Below, one piece after another: positions 58,860-64,000 of a stretch of 64,000 bases of DNA. The notes under the pieces were generated by a model that saw nothing but the letters and a program-made list of their open reading frames with translations, was not told where the DNA came from and did not search any database. The translations under genes and the position numbers were made by a program. Source of the stretch: an uncultured SAR86 cluster bacterium. Lineage in GTDB: Bacteria > Pseudomonadota > Gammaproteobacteria > Magnimaribacterales > D2472. Positions within the stretch are counted from its first letter, which is position 1. Each line of letters opens with the position of its first letter. Location: positions 569,636 through 633,635 of the forward strand of contig CAXYBK010000003.1 of assembly GCA_964275345.1 (NCBI GenBank), read 5' to 3'.

Positions 58860-60140
58860 TTACTTATCTTTAAAAAATTCTAATATAGTTTCTATATCAG
58901 AAATCGGATTAAGAGAGCTTTCGCCACTTCTAGATTTTAATTCAACCTCTTTATTTTCAGTAAATTGCTTACCAATGATAATATTTAATGGGATACCAAT
59001 TAATTCAGAATCTTTTATCTTTGTACCATAGCCATCTTTTCTGTCATCTAGTAAAACCTCATAACCCATTTCTTTAAGTTGCCCATATAGATCATTAGCA
59101 GCGGTAGCAATTTCTTGATTTTTATCATATCCAATAGCAATAATATTAATATCATATGGAGCAATACTATGAGGCCAAATAATCCCTTTATCATCATTAT
59201 TTTGTTCAATTGCTGCTGCAACTAATCTTGAAACTCCAATACCATAGCAACCCATAAACAAGGTAGATGCTTTGCCTTCTTTGTTGAGAACATTTGCCTT
59301 CATTGAGTCAGCATATATTTCGCCCAATTTAAATATATGGCCAACTTCAATACCTTTTTTAATTTGAATTGTTCCATTACCATCAGGTGAAGGCTTGCCT
59401 TCAAGTGTTTTAATGTCTTCACCATCTTTTAATAACAGCTCTGTATTTATTGCAAATTCAGAAGCATCACTCACAGCAATTGTATCTTCTCCATTGTCTG
59501 CCAATACATGAAACTCTTCAGAGCTATCTCCTCCTATCGCACCAGAGTCAGCTGCTGAAATTCTATATTCAAGATCCATCCTTTCAAGTACTTTTTTATA
59601 AGTATCTCTCATAGTTAAGTATGTTTCTTGCAGAGATTCTTCATCAATATTGAAGCTATACGAATCTTTCATGAGAAATTCTCTTCCTCGCATAATTCCA
59701 TATCGAGGCCTTACCTCATCTCTAAATTTTGTTTGTATTTGATAAATATTTAATGGAAGCTCCTTATAGCTTTTTACATTAGAGCGAATTACATCAGTTA
59801 TAACTTCCTCATGCGTTGGACCAAGACAAAAATCTCTATCATGCCGATCTTTAATTCTTAATAATTCAGGACCCATTTTGTCCCATCTCTTTGTTTCCTC
59901 CCAAAGCTCCCTTGGTTGAACCATTGGCATAAAAACCTCTTGGGCGCCTGATGCATCCATCTCTTCTCTAACAATATTCTCAATCTTTCTAAGAACCTTT
60001 AATCCAAGAGGAAGCCAGGTATATATACCAGATGCAACTTTTCTAATCATGCCTGCCCTTAACATAAGCTTATGGCTGATTACTTCTGCCTCTTGAGGAG
60101 CATCTTTTAAAGTTGGTAATAATAATTTTGAAAGCAGCAT
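58860..60140 (-). CDS. proS: Prolyl-tRNA synthetase, bacterial type but lacking the INS editing domain
   Basis: 426 aa. Motif 2 FRDEVRPRYGIMRGREFLMKDSYSF, motif 3 region FMGCYGIGVSRLVAAAIEQ, class II anticodon-binding C-terminus. Only about 27 residues lie between ..AINTEL.. and ..GIEVGHIF... Confidence 0.92.
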   Translation of the reverse strand: MLLSKLLLPTLKDAPQEAEVISHKLMLRAGMIRKVASGIYTWLPLGLKVLRKIENIVREEMDASGAQEVFMPMVQPRELWEETKRWDKMGPELLRIKDRHDRDFCLGPTHEEVITDVIRSNVKSYKELPLNIYQIQTKFRDEVRPRYGIMRGREFLMKDSYSFNIDEESLQETYLTMRDTYKKVLERMDLEYRISAADSGAIGGDSSEEFHVLADNGEDTIAVSDASEFAINTELLLKDGEDIKTLEGKPSPDGNGTIQIKKGIEVGHIFKLGEIYADSMKANVLNKEGKASTLFMGCYGIGVSRLVAAAIEQNNDDKGIIWPHSIAPYDINIIAIGYDKNQEIATAANDLYGQLKEMGYEVLLDDRKDGYGTKIKDSELIGIPLNIIIGKQFTENKEVELKSRSGESSLNPISDIETILEFFKDK

Positions 60141-60202
60141 TTTATTAATTTTGTATTATAAAAATTCTTATAGTTTATAATTTTATATTTTTTTAGAGAC
60201 TT

Positions 60203-60496
60203 ATGCCGATTTATGACTATAAATGTTCAAAATGTGACCATCAATTTGAAGTAATTCAGAAGTTTTCTGATAAACCTTTAAAAAAATGTCCAGAATGCAA
60301 CTTAAATACTGTTTCAAAAATGGTTTCTGCGCCGTCTTTCAGGCTTAAAGGTGGCGGATGGTATGAGACAGATTTCAAGACGGGAACAAAAAAAAATATA
60401 GCCTCAGACGACAAAAAAACTGAATCTAGTTCGAAGAAACCCAATAAACAAGATAAAATTACTAAAAAGAACTCTAAAGATAAAAAGGCAGGATAA
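60203..60496 (+). CDS. FmdB-family zinc-ribbon protein
   Basis: 97 aa. MPIYDYKCSKCDHQFEV....KCPECN (CxxC...CxxC), ..KGGGWYETD.., then a Lys/Ser-rich tail. Confidence 0.85.
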   Translation: MPIYDYKCSKCDHQFEVIQKFSDKPLKKCPECNLNTVSKMVSAPSFRLKGGGWYETDFKTGTKKNIASDDKKTESSSKKPNKQDKITKKNSKDKKAG

Positions 60497-60498
60497 TT

Positions 60499-62268
60499 AT
60501 GCGATCTCATTATTGTGGTGAAGTTACATTAAAAGATCTCGATACTAATATTTCTATATGTGGCTGGGTCCACAGAAGAAGAGATCATGGCGGTATTATT
60601 TTCTTAGATATAAGAGATATAAGAGGAATATGTCAGGTTGTTGTGAATCCTGAAAATAACATAGCTTTTGAGATTGCAGATAATTGTAGAAATGAATTTG
60701 TAATTAAGGTGACCGGTAAAGTTTTAAAAAGACCTGATGGAACTATTAATACTAATATGGTTACAGGAGAAATTGAATTAGAGGCTGAAGATATTAAACT
60801 TTTTAATAAAGCTGTTACCCCTGCATTTCCGTTAGATGATTATCAGGATGTCAACGAAGACGTTAGATTAAAAAATAGAGTTTTAGATTTAAGAAGGCCT
60901 GAAATGAATAATAGGTTAGTAACTAGATCTAAAATTACCTCAGTTATAAGAAGCTTTCTAGAGGTAAATAATTTTCATGAAATTGAAACACCAATTTTAA
61001 CTAGAGCTACACCTGAAGGCGCACGAGACTATATTTTGCCAAGCAGGGTACATCCGGGGAGCTTCTTTGCATTACCGCAATCACCTCAATTATTTAAGCA
61101 GCTGTTAATGATGGGGGGATTTGATAAATATTATCAGATTGCGAGATGCTTTAGAGATGAAGATCTTCGAGCTGATCGACAGCCTGAATTTACTCAGATA
61201 GATATAGAAGCTTCTTTTGTTGAAACTCAAGATATTATCTCTACTGGAACAGAGATGATGAAACTTCTTTTAGATAAATTTGTTAATCATAGTATTAAAG
61301 AAATTCCTTCATTGTCTTGGCACCAATCCATGGAGGATTATGGCTGCGATAAGCCTGATTTAAGAATTCCATTAAAGCTTGTAGAAATTTCTGAATTAGT
61401 TGCGGATGAAGAGTTTAAAGTTTTCTCAGGACCCGCTAATGATAAAGATTCAAGGGTTGTTGCTCTCAAAATTCCTAATGGAAACTCTCTATCAAGAGGT
61501 CAGATTGATGAATATACTAAATTTGTAGGGAAACTTGGAGCTAAGGGACTTGCTTATATTAAAGTAAATGATGTAAATGATCTTGAGAGTGGTCTGCAGT
61601 CGCCTATTTTAAAATTTTTAAATCAAGATACTGTAAAAAGTTTAATAGATAATCTTCAACTTAAAACTGATGATCTTCTATTTTTTGGCGCTGGTTCTAA
61701 TAATATTGTTAATCTTAGTATGAGTAGCTTGATTAAAAAGATTGGTAAAGATCTTGATCTCTATTCTTGTAAATGGGCGCCATGTTGGATAATTGATTTT
61801 CCAATGTTTGAAAAAAATAAAGATGGTAATTTAACTTCATTACATCACCCATTTACTATGCCTAAATCATCGCTAGATGAGTTAGTTAATTCCCCAGAAG
61901 ATGTTATTGCTGAAGCCTATGATATTGTTTTGAATGGTTATGAGGTTGGTGGGGGATCTTTAAGGGTCCATAACCCAAGTATGCAAGAAGCAATTTTTAA
62001 AGCTTTAAATATTTCTGATGAGGAAGCTCAAAATAAATTTGGTTTTTTACTAAAGGCCTTATCTTCGGGTTGTCCGCCTCATGGTGGAATAGCATTTGGA
62101 TTAGATCGTCTTGTTATGCTTTTAACTGATACAACGAATATAAGGGACGTTATAGCATTCCCTAAGACTCAAAGCGCTTCATGCTTATTAACAGATGCTC
62201 CAAATTCTGTTGATGAAGATCAATTAGAAGAATTATTTATTGAGTCTACCTATAAAGAGGAAGATTAA
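60499..62268 (+). CDS. aspS: Aspartyl-tRNA synthetase
   Basis: 589 aa. MRSHYCGE.., ..GWVHRRRDHGG.IFLD.RD.., ..FRDEDLRADRQPEFTQID.., ..GGIAFGLDRLVMLL... Confidence 0.97.
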   Translation: MRSHYCGEVTLKDLDTNISICGWVHRRRDHGGIIFLDIRDIRGICQVVVNPENNIAFEIADNCRNEFVIKVTGKVLKRPDGTINTNMVTGEIELEAEDIKLFNKAVTPAFPLDDYQDVNEDVRLKNRVLDLRRPEMNNRLVTRSKITSVIRSFLEVNNFHEIETPILTRATPEGARDYILPSRVHPGSFFALPQSPQLFKQLLMMGGFDKYYQIARCFRDEDLRADRQPEFTQIDIEASFVETQDIISTGTEMMKLLLDKFVNHSIKEIPSLSWHQSMEDYGCDKPDLRIPLKLVEISELVADEEFKVFSGPANDKDSRVVALKIPNGNSLSRGQIDEYTKFVGKLGAKGLAYIKVNDVNDLESGLQSPILKFLNQDTVKSLIDNLQLKTDDLLFFGAGSNNIVNLSMSSLIKKIGKDLDLYSCKWAPCWIIDFPMFEKNKDGNLTSLHHPFTMPKSSLDELVNSPEDVIAEAYDIVLNGYEVGGGSLRVHNPSMQEAIFKALNISDEEAQNKFGFLLKALSSGCPPHGGIAFGLDRLVMLLTDTTNIRDVIAFPKTQSASCLLTDAPNSVDEDQLEELFIESTYKEED

Positions 62269-63005
62269 TGGCCGGACATTCCAAGTGGGCAAATATAAAG
62301 CATAGAAAAGCTAGGCAGGATGCTTCTAGAGGTAAAGTTTGGACTAAAGTAATTAGAGAAATTACAGTTGCTGCTAAAGCTGGTCCTGACCCTGCTGATA
62401 ATCCCAGGCTAAGACTGGCGCTAGATAAAGCTAATGCTTCTAATATGCCAAAAGATACTATTAAAAGAGCAATTCAGAAGGGCTCTGGAACTGGTGAGAT
62501 GGGAGCAATTGAAGAAATTACATTTGAAGGATATGGACCAAATGGAGTTGCTATATTAGTTGAAACAATGACTGATAATAGAAATAGAACAGTTGCTGAT
62601 GTTAGACATGCTTTTTCTAAATTTGGTGGAAACTTGGGAACAGATGGCTCAGTTGCTTATTTGTTTAATAAAATTGGTGTGATTAATATTGCAAGCTCTT
62701 ATGATGAGGACGTTGTTATGGAGATTGCGCTTGATGCAGGTGCTGATGATATGACATCATCTGAAGATGGGTATGAAGTTATTACTAGTTCAGTAAATTT
62801 GAGTAAAGTTTTAGAAGCTTTAACAGCCAATAATATAGAAACAATTGAAGCTGAAGTTGCAACAAGAGCAGATGTTTTAGTAGATCTAGATGCTGAAGCA
62901 TCAGAAAAGGTTTTAAAGATTATGAATTTTATGGATGATCTTGATGATGTTCAAGAAGTTCATACTAACGGAGAATTTGCAGATGATTTTGAGATTGAGG
63001 AATAA
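62268..63005 (+). CDS. yebC: YebC/PmpR-family DNA-binding regulator / translation factor
   Basis: 245 aa. MAGHSKWANIKHRKARQDASRGKVWTK.. . Start overlaps the aspS stop (TAATG). Confidence 0.95.
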   Translation: MAGHSKWANIKHRKARQDASRGKVWTKVIREITVAAKAGPDPADNPRLRLALDKANASNMPKDTIKRAIQKGSGTGEMGAIEEITFEGYGPNGVAILVETMTDNRNRTVADVRHAFSKFGGNLGTDGSVAYLFNKIGVINIASSYDEDVVMEIALDAGADDMTSSEDGYEVITSSVNLSKVLEALTANNIETIEAEVATRADVLVDLDAEASEKVLKIMNFMDDLDDVQEVHTNGEFADDFEIEE

Positions 63006-63007
63006 TT

Positions 63008-63433
63008 TTGCCAGTTAATTCAAGAGCTAAAGGTGCAAATTTTGAAAGAGAAATTGGGAACTTATTAGTGCAAGATCTAAATTTAACTAATCCAGTTAAA
63101 AGGATTCTTGAGCAAACTAGAACAAAAGAATTACCAGATTTAAGGCTTGGAAGATGGTGTATTGAATGTAAAAGATATGGAGACGGTGGCGAGCCCCCAA
63201 AAGATTGGTGGGAGCAGGTTTTAAGATCTTGTTCTGAAGAATCGCTGATGCCAGCTCTTATTTATAAATTTAATAGAAGACCTATTAAGGTTAGATTATT
63301 AGCGTCTTCGATTAATCCATTAATACAAAATAAACTTATAACTGTAGATCTCTTATGGGATGATTTCATAGAAATTATTCTTGAGCTATTTCAAAAAGAT
63401 ATTCAACTTCATGAAGAAAGATTTCAAGTGTAA
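63008..63433 (+). CDS. Small PD-(D/E)XK (restriction-endonuclease-fold) nuclease, Hjc/RecU/VRR-NUC-like; candidate Holliday-junction resolvase
   Basis: 141 aa. TTG start 2 nt after the yebC stop. N-terminal helix RAKGANFEREIGNLL (E13), ..LPDLRL.. (D44), ..CIECKRY.. (E53-x-K55). Occupies the position of ruvC-ruvA-ruvB between yebC and ybgC. Confidence 0.5.
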   Translation: MPVNSRAKGANFEREIGNLLVQDLNLTNPVKRILEQTRTKELPDLRLGRWCIECKRYGDGGEPPKDWWEQVLRSCSEESLMPALIYKFNRRPIKVRLLASSINPLIQNKLITVDLLWDDFIEIILELFQKDIQLHEERFQV

Positions 63434-63818
63434 TGATTTTCCTTTAACAGTATTTTGTGAAGATACTGATTTTCAAGGAATTGTCTACCATGCTAATTAT
63501 TTAAAGTATTTTGAAAGAGCAAGAACTCAATTTTTAATTGATCAAAATATATCCCAAATTTCGTTAGCATCTTCAAGTTTAGCCTTTGTAATTAGAGATA
63601 TAAATTTAAGATATCTCACTCCAGCAAAGCTTGAAGATAAGCTTGTAGTTTCTAGTAGCGTGCAATGCATTTCAAGAGCAAGATTGCTATTTTCCCAACA
63701 AATAATTAATCCAAAAAATGATACTATTATATGTCGTGGTGAGATTGAGGTATGTTTCTTAGATTTATCTAAAAATAAACCTAAATCTTTCCCTGAAAAT
63801 TTATTAAAAATTTTTTAA
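63411..63818 (+). CDS. ybgC: Tol-Pal-associated acyl-CoA thioesterase YbgC (4HBT hot-dog fold)
   Basis: ATG 63411 gives MKKDFKCNDFPLTVFCEDTDFQGIVYHANYLKYFERART.. (the track ORF starts 30 nt earlier at a non-ATG codon). Directly upstream of tolQ. Confidence 0.88.
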   Translation: MKKDFKCNDFPLTVFCEDTDFQGIVYHANYLKYFERARTQFLIDQNISQISLASSSLAFVIRDINLRYLTPAKLEDKLVVSSSVQCISRARLLFSQQIINPKNDTIICRGEIEVCFLDLSKNKPKSFPENLLKIF

Positions 63819-63830
63819 TGGTCAACTTAT

Positions 63831-64000
63831 ATGAATGATATATCTACAATCAACTTATTTCTTGAAGCTGGATTAGTTGTTAAAAGTGTTATGGCAATAT
63901 TGTTATTAATTTCTTTATTTTCTTGGATAATAATTTTTGAAAGATACTTTCTTTATAGAAAAATAAAAAGTTTAAATATTGAGTTTGAAAATAAATTTTG
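63831..64000 (+). CDS. tolQ: TolQ, N-terminal part only (runs off the window)
   Basis: Absent from the track (open at the window end). Translation MNDISTINLFLEAGLVVKSVMAILLLISLFSWIIIFERYFLYRKIKSLNIEFENKF resembles the E. coli TolQ N-terminus (..ILDLFLKASLLVK..SWAIII.R...). Confidence 0.85.
   Translation, partial: MNDISTINLFLEAGLVVKSVMAILLLISLFSWIIIFERYFLYRKIKSLNIEFENKF

Noticed and set aside
63381-63410. Upstream extension of the ybgC ORF (MSYFKKIFNF..)
   Set aside because: It begins at a non-ATG codon deep inside the preceding nuclease ORF. ATG 63411 gives a YbgC-like N-terminus of normal length.
63818-63838. Mini-ORF ATGGTCAACTTATATGAATGA between ybgC and tolQ
   Set aside because: It is six codons long and overlaps the ybgC stop and the tolQ start, with no evidence of function. 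It is most likely a chance ORF.

Overview
AT-rich, very tightly packed chromosomal core region of a streamlined gammaproteobacterium. Taxonomy is inferred only from gene order, which follows blocks conserved in Pseudomonas and E. coli: gatCAB/mreBCD, kdsD-lpt-rpoN, mla-ibaG-murA, rplM-rpsI-petABC-sspA, lpoA/rsmI-rnpB-dcw cluster, rpsF-rpsR-rplI-dnaB-alr, pyrG-kdsA-eno-ftsB-ispDF-surE-pcm-nlpD, fdxA/recA, proS, aspS-yebC-[ruv slot]-ybgC-tolQ. I support about 70 protein-coding genes, one ncRNA (RNase P RNA) and a few regulatory sites (LexA box at recA, MraZ-type direct repeats upstream of mraZ, some promoter and terminator candidates). I saw no rRNA, tRNA, CRISPR array, IS element, integrase, prophage or recognisable defence system, and I cannot honestly point to a new multi-gene system. 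The interesting signals are local departures from conserved synteny. (1) A small PD-(D/E)XK nuclease sits exactly where ruvC-ruvA-ruvB normally lie. (2) ftsZ lies between mraZ and rsmH instead of after ftsA. (3) murG carries a 1-nt frameshift as assembled. (4) The Rieske gene needs a non-canonical start to keep its Tat signal. (5) ProRS lacks the INS editing domain. (6) IspD and IspF are fused. (7) Many neighbours are absent from their usual positions (kdsC, lptC, hpf/ptsN, mlaFED/mlaB, rpoS, mutS, recX, lpxC and others). All motif coordinates were counted by hand and may be off by 1-2 nt. All homology calls come from reading the translations, not from database searches.
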